Below, piece by piece: positions 55,140-64,000 of a stretch of DNA of 64,000 bases. Positions within the stretch are counted from its first letter, which is position 1; every line of letters begins with the position of its first letter. Origin of the DNA: Candidatus Omnitrophota bacterium. GTDB taxonomy: Bacteria; Omnitrophota; Gorgyraeia; B26-G9. The notes beneath the pieces are model-generated. The model ran no database searches, had not been told where the DNA came from, and was given only the letters and a program-made list of their open reading frames with translations. Where the stretch lies: assembly GCA_043826565.1 (NCBI GenBank), contig JBDRPX010000021.1, positions 18,022-82,021 on the forward strand, written 5' to 3'. Made by a program: the position numbers and the translations under genes.

Positions 55140-57245
55140 ATGTTTAAAGCTAGTGAAATTTTTGGAGAATTGACGTTTAGTAAAAAAGCAATGCAAGAGA
55201 AGATGAGCAAGGTGGTTTATAATAAGCTCATTTCTACGATTGAAAGCGGAGTGCCGCTGGATCAATCTATTGCCGGAGATGTGGCACATGCGATGAAAGA
55301 ATGGGCTATGGAAAACGGAGCCACACATTTTACCCACTGGTTTCAGCCGCAGCGCGGGGGAACAGCGGAGAAACACGATGCGTTTCTTAGCTATGGTAAA
55401 AACGGTGAGATGATCGAACGGTTTTCCGCAAAACAGCTTATTCAGTCTGAACCGGATGCTTCTTCTTTTCCCTCCGGCGGAATTCGTTCCACTTTTGAAG
55501 CGCGCGGGTATACGGCATGGGATCCGACTTCCCCGGCCTTTTTATTGGAAGCCGGCGATACGAAGACATTGGTAATCCCTTCGGTATTTTTGTCATGGAC
55601 CGGGGAGGTTTTGGATATTAAAACTCCTTTACTGCGTTCAATGAAGTCATTAAACGAGGCGACATTATCTTTACAAAAAGTTTTAGGGAATAAAAAAGTA
55701 AACCGTATTAAAGTTTTTGGTGGCCCGGAACAGGAATACTTTTTGTTTTCAAAAGATTTATATCAAACGCGCCCGGATTTGATTGTTTGCGGAAGAACGC
55801 TTTTCGGCGCGCCTCCGGCAAAAGGGCAGCAGATGGAGGATCATTATTTTGGTTCAATTAATGCTACTGTTATCCAGTTTATGGAAACTTTTGACCGAGA
55901 GTTGTATCGCCGGGGGATTCCGGCAAAAACCCGCCACAACGAAGTCTCTCCGAACCAGTTTGAAATTGCTCCTTTATATGAGGAAGCAAATCTTGCCATA
56001 GATCATAACCTTCAGCTTATGGAGATTATGAAAAAAGTAGCGGATGAGTTTGATATGGTTGCGGTTCTTCATGAAAAACCTTTGGCCGGAGTAAATGGTT
56101 CCGGAAAGCATTTTAATTGGTCCATCGGAGATAATACCGGAGAAAATTATTTTGAACCGACAGGTTCTCCGCAGAAAAAGATAATGTTTTTGCTGTCCTT
56201 AGGCGCGATTTGTCTGGGAGTCAGTAAGTATGGCGGCTTACTGCGCGCGGCTGTTGCCGACGCGGGGAATGATCATCGTTTGGGGGCAAATGAAGCTCCG
56301 CCGGCAATTATCTCTGTGTATCTGGGGGAATATCTTGATGCCTTATTGGATGAAATTGAAGGCATCGGAAAAGTAACCGATAAGAAAATGTCCGAGATCT
56401 ATCTGGGGGTGCAGGATTTGCCGAAAGTTGCTAAAGATACATCAGACAGAAACAGAACTTCGCCGCTGGCGTTTACCGGAAATAAGTTTGAATTCCGCGC
56501 GGTTGGTTCAACTCAAAATTGCTCGGAAGCCGCGACAGTGCTGAATTTGCTCATGGCTTATGGTTATGATGAGATAGCCAAAAGGATAAGTGCTCATAAA
56601 GGCAGTGTTGATGTTAAAGCAAAAGCAATCGCGGTATTGGAAAAAGTATTAAAAGAGACTAAACATGTGCGTTTTGAAGGAAACAACTATGATGAGAAAT
56701 GGCACAAAGAAGCGGCAAAACGCGGTTTACCGAACACCAAGAATACTCCGGAAGCACTGGAGTTGTTCTTTAAAAAAGATGCGATCAAACTGTTTGAAAA
56801 ATTCGGTGTTTTAAGTGAAAAGGAATTACATTCAAAAATTGAGATCAGACTTGAAGCATATGTTAAGACAAAAGATATCGAGTTAAAAACTGCTTTAAAT
56901 ATTGCCCGGACGCTGGTATTGCCGGCAGTAGCTGATCAGATAACCTTGCTGGCTAATGCTAATACGGGAGTAAAAGCCGCCGGAGCAAAACCTAAAGGAT
57001 TAAGCGCGGACATCAGAACACTCAACGGCTTATATAATGATATTAAGTCCGGTATTTCCGAATTGGAAAAAGCCATGATTGTTTGTGAAAAGCAGTCGGA
57101 GATATTAAAGGCGGCAAAAGGTTATGCCAGCGTGGGAGCTGCGGCTTTAAATAATTTACGCGATGCGGTAGATGAAGCGGAAGAACTTATTGCCGACGAT
57201 TTATGGCCGATGGCAAAGTACCAGGAATTACTTTTAGTACTATAA
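55140..57245 (+). CDS. glnN: glutamine synthetase type III
   Basis: At 701 aa the length is characteristic of GSIII. A GS catalytic core is present mid-protein. Confidence 0.8.
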   Translation: MFKASEIFGELTFSKKAMQEKMSKVVYNKLISTIESGVPLDQSIAGDVAHAMKEWAMENGATHFTHWFQPQRGGTAEKHDAFLSYGKNGEMIERFSAKQLIQSEPDASSFPSGGIRSTFEARGYTAWDPTSPAFLLEAGDTKTLVIPSVFLSWTGEVLDIKTPLLRSMKSLNEATLSLQKVLGNKKVNRIKVFGGPEQEYFLFSKDLYQTRPDLIVCGRTLFGAPPAKGQQMEDHYFGSINATVIQFMETFDRELYRRGIPAKTRHNEVSPNQFEIAPLYEEANLAIDHNLQLMEIMKKVADEFDMVAVLHEKPLAGVNGSGKHFNWSIGDNTGENYFEPTGSPQKKIMFLLSLGAICLGVSKYGGLLRAAVADAGNDHRLGANEAPPAIISVYLGEYLDALLDEIEGIGKVTDKKMSEIYLGVQDLPKVAKDTSDRNRTSPLAFTGNKFEFRAVGSTQNCSEAATVLNLLMAYGYDEIAKRISAHKGSVDVKAKAIAVLEKVLKETKHVRFEGNNYDEKWHKEAAKRGLPNTKNTPEALELFFKKDAIKLFEKFGVLSEKELHSKIEIRLEAYVKTKDIELKTALNIARTLVLPAVADQITLLANANTGVKAAGAKPKGLSADIRTLNGLYNDIKSGISELEKAMIVCEKQSEILKAAKGYASVGAAALNNLRDAVDEAEELIADDLWPMAKYQELLLVL

Positions 57246-57260
57246 ATAACTGCGGCAAAA

Positions 57261-57295
57261 GAATAGGGCTTTACTTTTAAGCCCTATTCTTTTTA
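57261..57295 (+). terminator. intrinsic terminator after glnN
   Basis: The hairpin GAAUAGGGCuuuacuuuuaaGCCCUAUUC is followed by UUUUUAUU. Confidence 0.7.
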
Positions 57296-57357
57296 TTAGT
57301 TAATGCTGTAAAATTAAGCAAAAAATGAGTGTTTTTTAATAACGGGTAGAAAAACAA

Positions 57358-57615
57358 ATGACAGAACAAGACAGGGCTAAAAAATTGCAGGAATTCATTC
57401 GGGATACGGAGCATTTCTTTCCGGGAAATAAAAAGAAAGAGGTGTATAAGAATATTCTTGAGATGGTCGAAAGGCCGCTGCTCGAGATGGTTTTAGAGAA
57501 GACTGACGGGAACCAGAAAAAAGCGGCAAAAATACTCGGGATCAATCGAAATACTTTGCATGCGAAGATAAAAAAACTTAAGATTGACGTTAAAAAGTTT
57601 AAATTTGATTATTAA
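57358..57615 (+). CDS. Fis-family small DNA-binding protein
   Basis: The C-terminal Fis-type HTH is GNQKKAAKILGINRNTLHAKIKKLKI. Length is 85 aa. It lies immediately upstream of gltB. Confidence 0.55.
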   Translation: MTEQDRAKKLQEFIRDTEHFFPGNKKKEVYKNILEMVERPLLEMVLEKTDGNQKKAAKILGINRNTLHAKIKKLKIDVKKFKFDY

Positions 57616-57636
57616 AAGTCAGGACAATAATAAAAA

Positions 57637-60600
57637 ATGAAGCATATGCATTTCCCCGGGAAACAAGGATTATACGACCCGCAGTTTGAAAAAGATTCTT
57701 GCGGAGTAGGGTTTATCTGTAATATTAAGGGCAAAAAAAATAATAGTATTGTTAAGGATGGACTAACGATTCTTCGGCGCTTATCTCATCGCGGTGCGGT
57801 GGGAGCTGACCCGAACACCGGAGACGGAGCGGGGATTCTTATTCAGACGCCGCATGAATTTTTTAAAAAAATAGCAGAGCAGGAAAAAATCAAACTTCCG
57901 GAACCGGGGCAATACGGAAGCGGAATTGTCTTCTTTCCTACCGATAAAAAAGAAAGAGAGTTTTGCAAAGAATTATTTGACAAAGTTATTAAAGAGGAAG
58001 GACAGATACTGCTGGGCTGGCGCAATGTCCCGGTAGATAACTCCGACATCGGAGAATCGGCTAAACAAACGCAGCCGGTTATCGAACAGATATTTATTAA
58101 GAAGAACCGCAAAGACCAGGACCCTCTTGATTTTGAGCGGACTCTTTATGTCGTTAGGAAAAAATTAGAAAACCGTGTCGGTGCTTCTAATATCAAACAG
58201 AAAAAATATTTTTATATTACAAATCTTTCCTTCCGCACTTTTTCTTATAAAGGATTATTAATGCCGGAGCAGGTAGAGAGTTTTTTTCTTGACCTGCAGG
58301 ATGAAAGCCTCAAGAGCGCGATTGCCTTAGTGCATTCCCGTTACAGTACGAATACCTTCCCTTCATGGGATTTAGCCCAGCCGTTTCGCTTCTTAGCGCA
58401 TAACGGAGAGATTAATACTTTACGCGGCAATACTAATTGGATGAGGGCAAAAGAAGGATTGCTGCAAAGTGAATTATTCGGGGAAAAGATCAGCTCAATT
58501 AAGCCGATTATTATCCCGGGCGGCAGTGATTCCGCGGCCCTGGATAATGTGTTGGAATTGCTGGTACTTTCCGGCAGATCTTTACCTCATGCAATGGCGA
58601 TGCTGATACCGCCGGCCTGGGAACAGAATAATCTGATGAATAATCAGCTGAAGGATTTTTATAAATATCATACCTGTTTAATGGAGCCGTGGGACGGACC
58701 GGCGGCAGTTGCGGTAACTGATGGAATTCGGGTGAGCGCGGTATTAGACAGAAACGGACTGCGTCCGGCGCGGTATATCGTAACTAAAGACGATTGCATT
58801 GTCATGGGCTCAGAAGTAGGAGTGTTGGATATTAAACCGAAGAATATTCTAATTTCCGGAAGGATTGAACCCGGAAAGATGCTTTATATTGATACGGAAG
58901 AAGGACGAATTATCCAGGACGAAGAAGTAAAAGAAAAAATGTCTAGCATCAAACCTTATGTCCAGTGGGTTAAGGATGAGATTGTTGATCTTGATCAGGT
59001 TAAAGAAGGGAAACCCGTAGCCGCGGAAAAGGAAAATATCCTTAAACGGATGAAGGTTTTTGGTTACACCCGGGAAGACCTGCGCATGATCATAAAGCCG
59101 ATGGCGGAAAACGGACAGGAACCAACCGGTTCGATGGGTAATGATACCCCGCATGCGATATTATCCCAGCATCCACAGCTGCTTTACAATTATTTTAAAC
59201 AGTTATTTGCCCAGGTCACTAACCCGGCGATTGATCCGATCCGGGAAGAACTGGTTATGAGTTTTGAATGTTATATGGGAGGCCGAAAGAATCTTCTGGA
59301 TGAAACTCCGGAGCATTGTCATAAAGTTCATTTGCCGCAGCCGATATTGACGAATGAAGAACTGGCGAAAATTCGTGATCTTAATGAAAAAAGATTTACC
59401 ACAAAGACAATATCGCTTCTTTTTAAGGCCGGGTCGGAAAAAGAATTCATGCATACGCTTAATAGTATTTGCTTTGAGGCCAGACAGGCAATCGATGAAG
59501 GATATACTTTTATAATTTTAAGCGACCGCGGAGTTAACGAAGAATATGCGGCAATACCTGTGCTTTTAGCGGTTGGCGCGGTGCACCAGCATTTAGTTAA
59601 AGACGGGTCCCGTTCGCAGATTGCCTTGATCATTGAAAGTGCCGAACCCAGAGAAGTGCATCATTTTGCTGTTTTGTTTGGTTTTGGTGCCGGATGTGTT
59701 AATCCGTATCTTGCCTATGAAACAATTGATAATATGATTCAGGAAAAAGTTCTGGATATTGATTTTAAGGCCGCTCAGAAAAATTATATCAAAGCGATAA
59801 ATAAAGGAATTAAGAAAGTCCTCTCCAAGATGGGGATCTCGACATTGCAGGGATACCGCGGCGCGCAGATATATGAAATATTAGGTTTGAATGAAAAAGT
59901 TGTCGAACGCTGCTTTGCCGGAACGGTATCCCGTATCGGCGGGGCCGGGTTTGAAATTATTGAGGCAGAAACTGTTATCCGCCACAAGCAGGCTTACCCG
60001 GAAAGGCAAACAGAAAAAGAAATGCTTAATAGCGGAGGCCTTTACCAGTGGCGCAAAGACGGAGAATTTCATCTCTGGAATCCGGAAAGCATCGCGCTTT
60101 TGCAGGATGCCACGCGTTTAAATGATTATGCTAAATATAAAGAATTCGCGGCAAGTATTAATGATCAGTCCAAAGCGCCGGCGACTTTGCGCGGTTTGCT
60201 TAAACTAAAAAAAGTTAAGCCGATCTTTATAAATAAAGTTGAACCGGTCGAGGAAATTTTTAAACGTTTTGCTACCGGAGCAATGAGTTTTGGTTCGATA
60301 AGTAAAGAGACGCATGAATCTTTGGCCATTGCCATGAACCGTATCGGGGGCCGTTCCAATACCGGAGAAGGCGGAGAAGATACCGAGCGTTTTATTCCTT
60401 TGCCAAACGGTGATTCCCGGCGCAGTGCGATCAAACAGATCGCGTCCGGCAGGTTTGGTGTGACCACGAATTATTTAGTTAATGCCGATGAATTACAGAT
60501 AAAGATCGCACAGGGTGCTAAACCCGGAGAAGGCGGACAGCTGCCCGGGCATAAGGTCAGCGCGATCATTGCCAAGACCCGCTATACTACTCCGGGAGTT

Positions 60601-62166
60601 ACCTTGATCTCACCGCCTCCGCATCATGATATTTATTCGATCGAAGATCTGGCGCAGTTGATCTTTGATCTGAAAAATGTAAATCCCAAGGCCCGCGTTA
60701 GCGTGAAACTGGTTTCTGAGGTCGGAGTCGGAACGATTGCCGCCGGTGTGGCTAAAGGTTACGCGGATATGATCTTAATTTCCGGAGGTGACGGAGGAAC
60801 CGGAGCTTCTCCGATGAGTTCAATCCGTCATGCCGGGCTTCCCTGGGAATTAGGGCTTTCGGAAACACATCAGACCTTAGTATTGAATGATCTGAGAAGC
60901 CGGGTGCGTTTGCAGACAGACGGGCAATTGCGTACCGGCCGGGATGTAGCGATCGCCGCTTTACTCGGCGCGGAAGAATACGGGTTCTGTACCGCGGCTT
61001 TGGTTATCTTAGGATGTGTAATGCTCAGGCATTGTCATCTTAATAATTGTTCTGCCGGTGTTGCTACGCAGGATGAAATATTAAGAAAGCGTTTTAAGGG
61101 AAGGCCGGATTATGTTGTGAATTTTTTCCATTTTGTCGCACAAGAATTGCGCGAGATCATGGCGGAACTAGGTATAAAGACGATTGATGAGATGGTGGGA
61201 AGAACTGATCTTTTAGAAGTTAATAAAGAAATTATTCCGTGGAAAGCAAAAGAGATAGATTATTCCCGGATTCTTTATAAACCGCAGGTCGGTAAAGAAG
61301 TGGGAGTATATTGTCAGCATAAGCAGGAACATAAGATCGCGGATATTTTGGATAGAAAACTTATTGAACTGGCCAAACCTGCTTTGGAAAAAGCAAAAGC
61401 AGTAAAAAAAACAGTGGAGATACAGAATTCCGACCGCACTGTCGGCGCGATGTTAAGCGGCGAGCTTGTACGGCATCAGGGAGAAAGCGGATTGCTCGAA
61501 GATACGATTCATTTTAAATTCAACGGAGTTGCCGGACAGAGTTTTGGGGCCTGGTTAATGAAAGGGATCACTTTTGAGCTTGAAGGCTTAGCGAATGATT
61601 ATGTCGGTAAAGGAATGTTTGGCGGCAAGATAATTGTTTATCCGGATAAAAAGAGTTCCTATCTAGCGGAGGAAAACAGCCTTATCGGTAATACGACTTT
61701 TTACGGCGCGATCCGGGGAGAAGCTTATATCCGCGGATTAGCCGGTGAGCGATTCTGTATCCGCAATTCCGGATTATACGCGGTTGTCGAAGGTGTCGGC
61801 GATCACGGCTGTGAATATATGACCGGAGGAAGAGTTGTTATCCTGGGTAAGACCGGAAGAAATTTTGGGGCCGGAATGAGCGGCGGGATTGTGTATGTAT
61901 ATGATGAAGATAATACATTTAAAGATAGATGTAATATGAGCATGGTGGAATTAGACATCCCTGATGAAGAAGATAAGAGTGTTATTTATAATCTTGTGCG
62001 TAATCATCTGAAATATACGGACAGCCTCCGGGCCAAGAAAGTTCATGATGATTTTGAAACAGAACTTAAAAAATTTATAAAAGTAATGCCTTTGGAATAT
62101 AAGAGAATATTAGAACAAAAGAAATTAGCCGAGAGTCTTGGTGTTTCGGAGATGACTGATGGGTGA
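57637..62166 (+). CDS. gltB: glutamate synthase large subunit
   Basis: The N-terminal amidotransferase CGVGFI motif is followed by FMN and GXGXG domains. Length is 1509 aa. Confidence 0.9.
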   Translation: MKHMHFPGKQGLYDPQFEKDSCGVGFICNIKGKKNNSIVKDGLTILRRLSHRGAVGADPNTGDGAGILIQTPHEFFKKIAEQEKIKLPEPGQYGSGIVFFPTDKKEREFCKELFDKVIKEEGQILLGWRNVPVDNSDIGESAKQTQPVIEQIFIKKNRKDQDPLDFERTLYVVRKKLENRVGASNIKQKKYFYITNLSFRTFSYKGLLMPEQVESFFLDLQDESLKSAIALVHSRYSTNTFPSWDLAQPFRFLAHNGEINTLRGNTNWMRAKEGLLQSELFGEKISSIKPIIIPGGSDSAALDNVLELLVLSGRSLPHAMAMLIPPAWEQNNLMNNQLKDFYKYHTCLMEPWDGPAAVAVTDGIRVSAVLDRNGLRPARYIVTKDDCIVMGSEVGVLDIKPKNILISGRIEPGKMLYIDTEEGRIIQDEEVKEKMSSIKPYVQWVKDEIVDLDQVKEGKPVAAEKENILKRMKVFGYTREDLRMIIKPMAENGQEPTGSMGNDTPHAILSQHPQLLYNYFKQLFAQVTNPAIDPIREELVMSFECYMGGRKNLLDETPEHCHKVHLPQPILTNEELAKIRDLNEKRFTTKTISLLFKAGSEKEFMHTLNSICFEARQAIDEGYTFIILSDRGVNEEYAAIPVLLAVGAVHQHLVKDGSRSQIALIIESAEPREVHHFAVLFGFGAGCVNPYLAYETIDNMIQEKVLDIDFKAAQKNYIKAINKGIKKVLSKMGISTLQGYRGAQIYEILGLNEKVVERCFAGTVSRIGGAGFEIIEAETVIRHKQAYPERQTEKEMLNSGGLYQWRKDGEFHLWNPESIALLQDATRLNDYAKYKEFAASINDQSKAPATLRGLLKLKKVKPIFINKVEPVEEIFKRFATGAMSFGSISKETHESLAIAMNRIGGRSNTGEGGEDTERFIPLPNGDSRRSAIKQIASGRFGVTTNYLVNADELQIKIAQGAKPGEGGQLPGHKVSAIIAKTRYTTPGVTLISPPPHHDIYSIEDLAQLIFDLKNVNPKARVSVKLVSEVGVGTIAAGVAKGYADMILISGGDGGTGASPMSSIRHAGLPWELGLSETHQTLVLNDLRSRVRLQTDGQLRTGRDVAIAALLGAEEYGFCTAALVILGCVMLRHCHLNNCSAGVATQDEILRKRFKGRPDYVVNFFHFVAQELREIMAELGIKTIDEMVGRTDLLEVNKEIIPWKAKEIDYSRILYKPQVGKEVGVYCQHKQEHKIADILDRKLIELAKPALEKAKAVKKTVEIQNSDRTVGAMLSGELVRHQGESGLLEDTIHFKFNGVAGQSFGAWLMKGITFELEGLANDYVGKGMFGGKIIVYPDKKSSYLAEENSLIGNTTFYGAIRGEAYIRGLAGERFCIRNSGLYAVVEGVGDHGCEYMTGGRVVILGKTGRNFGAGMSGGIVYVYDEDNTFKDRCNMSMVELDIPDEEDKSVIYNLVRNHLKYTDSLRAKKVHDDFETELKKFIKVMPLEYKRILEQKKLAESLGVSEMTDG

Positions 62167-63607
62167 TGTAAAAGGATTCTTAAAAATTAAACGCCGAAAA
62201 TCAGAATACCGCCCGATGTGTGAGCGGGTTAAAGATTTTAAAGAAGTTACGAAACTTCGCGATGACGCGCATTCTCAGGAACAGGCTTCCCGATGCATGG
62301 ATTGCGGAACACCGTTTTGTCAGTGGGCCTGTCCGGTGGCAAACCATATCCCGGAATGGAACGACCTTGTTTATCGGGGGCGTTGGAAGCAGGCGTTTGA
62401 ATTGCTGCAGTCAACGAATAATCTGCCGGAAATTACCGGACGCATTTGTCCGGCTTTGTGTGAATATTCCTGTGTGCTGGGAATAAATGATGACGCGGTA
62501 ACTATACGTGAAGATGAACTGGCGATAATCGAGCATGCGTTTAAACAGGGATATGTCCAGCCTAATCCGCCTCAAATACGTACCGGGAAAAAAGTAGCAA
62601 TTATTGGTTCCGGGCCCGCAGGTTTAGCCTGTGCGGATCAGTTAAATAAAGCCGGGCACCAAGTGAGTTTGTTTGAAAAAGATGAGAAGATCGGCGGGCT
62701 TTTGCGTTATGGTATCCCGGATTTTAAGCTGGAAAAAGATTTGCTGGAGCGCCGATTGGATATTTACAAAAAAGAAGGTATTCAATTAAAACCCGGAGTT
62801 GATGTGGGTAAAGATATTACTGCCGAACAATTAAAAAAAGATTTTGACGCGATTTGTTTAACCGGAGGTTCCCGCGAGCCGCGCGATCTGAAAATTCCCG
62901 GACGGGAATTAAACGGGATTCATTTTGCCATGGAGTTCCTTACTCAGGCGAATGTGCGTGTGGATGGCAAAGATATTCCCAGTGCCGAAGCAATTAATGC
63001 TAAGGCTAAGAGTGTAGTGGTTATCGGCGGCGGAGATACCGGAGCGGATTGCGTTGGGGTAGCGAATCGTCAGGGAGCGGGTTGTGTTGTGCAGATCGAA
63101 GTTTTGCCTAAGCCGCCTTTAAACCGGACTGAAGATTTTCCCTGGCCGCAGTATCCGATGTTATTAAAGACTTCTACCAGTCATGAAGAAGGCGGAGAGC
63201 GTCACTGGGCGGTTCTGACCAAATGTTTTAGCGGAGAGAACGGGCAGGTTAAAAAAATTGAGTGTGTACAGGTTGAATTTGTTAAAGAAGAAGGCAGTCC
63301 GCGCCCCGTAATGCGGGAAGTTCCGGGTAGTGAGTTTGAGATAGATGCGGATCTGGTTATTTTAGCAGTCGGGTTCTTACATCCGGAACACAATACTTTA
63401 TTATCCGATCTAAAGGTTGAGTTTGATGAGCGGGGGAATGTAAAGACGGATGAAACTTTCATGACCGGTCAAAAAGGTGTTTTCGCGGCTGGTGATCTGC
63501 GCCGCGGGCAGTCTTTAATTGTCTGGGCGATTTCCGAGGGCCGAAAAGCCGCGCATTATATGGATACTTATTTAATGGGCGAGGAAAGCACTTTAGCGAA
63601 GATGTAA
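62159..63607 (+). CDS. gltD: glutamate synthase small subunit (NADPH-dependent)
   Basis: Fe-S Cys motifs (CMDCGTPFC...CP) and the FAD/NAD motif VAIIGSGPAGLACA are present. It overlaps gltB by 8 nt. Confidence 0.9.
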   Translation: MGDVKGFLKIKRRKSEYRPMCERVKDFKEVTKLRDDAHSQEQASRCMDCGTPFCQWACPVANHIPEWNDLVYRGRWKQAFELLQSTNNLPEITGRICPALCEYSCVLGINDDAVTIREDELAIIEHAFKQGYVQPNPPQIRTGKKVAIIGSGPAGLACADQLNKAGHQVSLFEKDEKIGGLLRYGIPDFKLEKDLLERRLDIYKKEGIQLKPGVDVGKDITAEQLKKDFDAICLTGGSREPRDLKIPGRELNGIHFAMEFLTQANVRVDGKDIPSAEAINAKAKSVVVIGGGDTGADCVGVANRQGAGCVVQIEVLPKPPLNRTEDFPWPQYPMLLKTSTSHEEGGERHWAVLTKCFSGENGQVKKIECVQVEFVKEEGSPRPVMREVPGSEFEIDADLVILAVGFLHPEHNTLLSDLKVEFDERGNVKTDETFMTGQKGVFAAGDLRRGQSLIVWAISEGRKAAHYMDTYLMGEESTLAKM

Positions 63608-63614
63608 TTCATAC

Positions 63615-63646
63615 GGGTGGTTCTTAATCGAACCACCCTTTTTTTA
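63615..63646 (+). terminator. intrinsic terminator after gltD
   Basis: The hairpin GGGUGGUUCUUAAUCGAACCACCC is followed by UUUUUUU. Confidence 0.75.
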
Positions 63647-63779
63647 CTGGTTCCGCATTATATTTTGACAATTCTTTTGCTTAAGCCGTATAATAATATA
63701 ATAGTTTTAAAAATAAAAAAAAAGTTCGCCTATTAATTGTTGGGAAAAAATATAATAATTATGAAAGTGGAGGTGAAAT

Positions 63780-64000
63780 ATGAAAAAATTGGATGTAATA
63801 ATAGGTATAATTATCCTGATCGCTGCAGTATTAACAACAAACTATGCGCCGGCGCAAAGTGTCAGCGGGGATTATTATCTTACCATGGGATCTTTAAGAA
63901 TAGATTATGAATATTTGCAAAGCTGGAAAAGCAGGAGGATAAATTCCGGAAATATATTAGGATGTAAAGTTATCGAACATAGAACATTTAATACCGAAAG
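63780..64000 (+). CDS. hypothetical secreted protein, 5' part only (continues beyond the window)
   Basis: ATG 63780 has GGAGGTG 7 nt upstream. A signal-peptide-like MKKLDVIIGIIILIAAVLTT is present. The frame is open to the window end. Confidence 0.4.
   Translation, partial: MKKLDVIIGIIILIAAVLTTNYAPAQSVSGDYYLTMGSLRIDYEYLQSWKSRRINSGNILGCKVIEHRTFNTE

Overview
This is a 64-kb chromosomal window from a low-to-moderate-GC anaerobe, almost entirely coding on the + strand, with no rRNA, tRNA, CRISPR array or transposase detected. The gene content is consistent with a strict anaerobe, possibly a candidate-phylum or deltaproteobacteria-like lineage.

Left to right the window contains:
- a tetrapyrrole/siroheme-alternative heme operon (hemA 3' end, hemC, an embedded response regulator with an HD-GYP domain, a cobA/hemD fusion, and a radical-SAM/SPASM AhbD/NirJ-like protein);
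- trkA and a TPR-SpoIID fusion protein;
- a small AT-rich island encoding an AbiEii-type nucleotidyltransferase plus an HTH protein, a candidate toxin-antitoxin or abortive-infection module;
- a membrane-fused spermidine-synthase-like protein;
- mgtC flanked by a perfect 119-bp direct repeat, followed by rpmB;
- an 1114-aa orphan secreted protein convergent with a TonB-dependent receptor;
- a classic anaerobe oxidative-stress island (Fur/PerR-like regulator, FAD/NAD oxidoreductase, rubrerythrin, superoxide reductase, thioredoxin, a rubredoxin missed by the ORF track, flavodiiron protein);
- an RND/MMPL exporter with LolA-like and outer-membrane partner proteins;
- thioredoxin reductase, a DUF318 permease fused to a heavy-metal-associated (HMA) domain, a second TonB-dependent receptor, and a 4Fe-4S protein followed by hybrid-cluster protein hcp;
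- a sulfur-assimilation block (DUF2061, cysH, a small siroheme sulfite reductase, an Rrf2 regulator, metY, cysK, metXW);
- a PEP-CTERM protein, a sigma factor and a histidine kinase;
- a nitrogen-assimilation locus (porin-like protein, amtB, glnK, type III glutamine synthetase glnN, a Fis-like protein and gltBD).

The most interesting signals are non-coding. Family 1 is a roughly 85-115-nt structured leader, in four copies, placed immediately upstream of the Shine-Dalgarno sequences of an unknown Zn-ribbon protein, rubrerythrin, hcp and the porin-amt-glnK operon; its central hairpin shows compensatory base changes between copies. Family 2 is a roughly 36-nt hairpin motif with a covarying inner stem, in three copies, upstream of glnN and in both copies of the mgtC-flanking repeat. 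A TTTGTAATTTGG-type repeated operator-like motif and a pair of near-identical terminator-like hairpins are also present. None of these could be matched to a known riboswitch from memory; each needs a covariance-model search.
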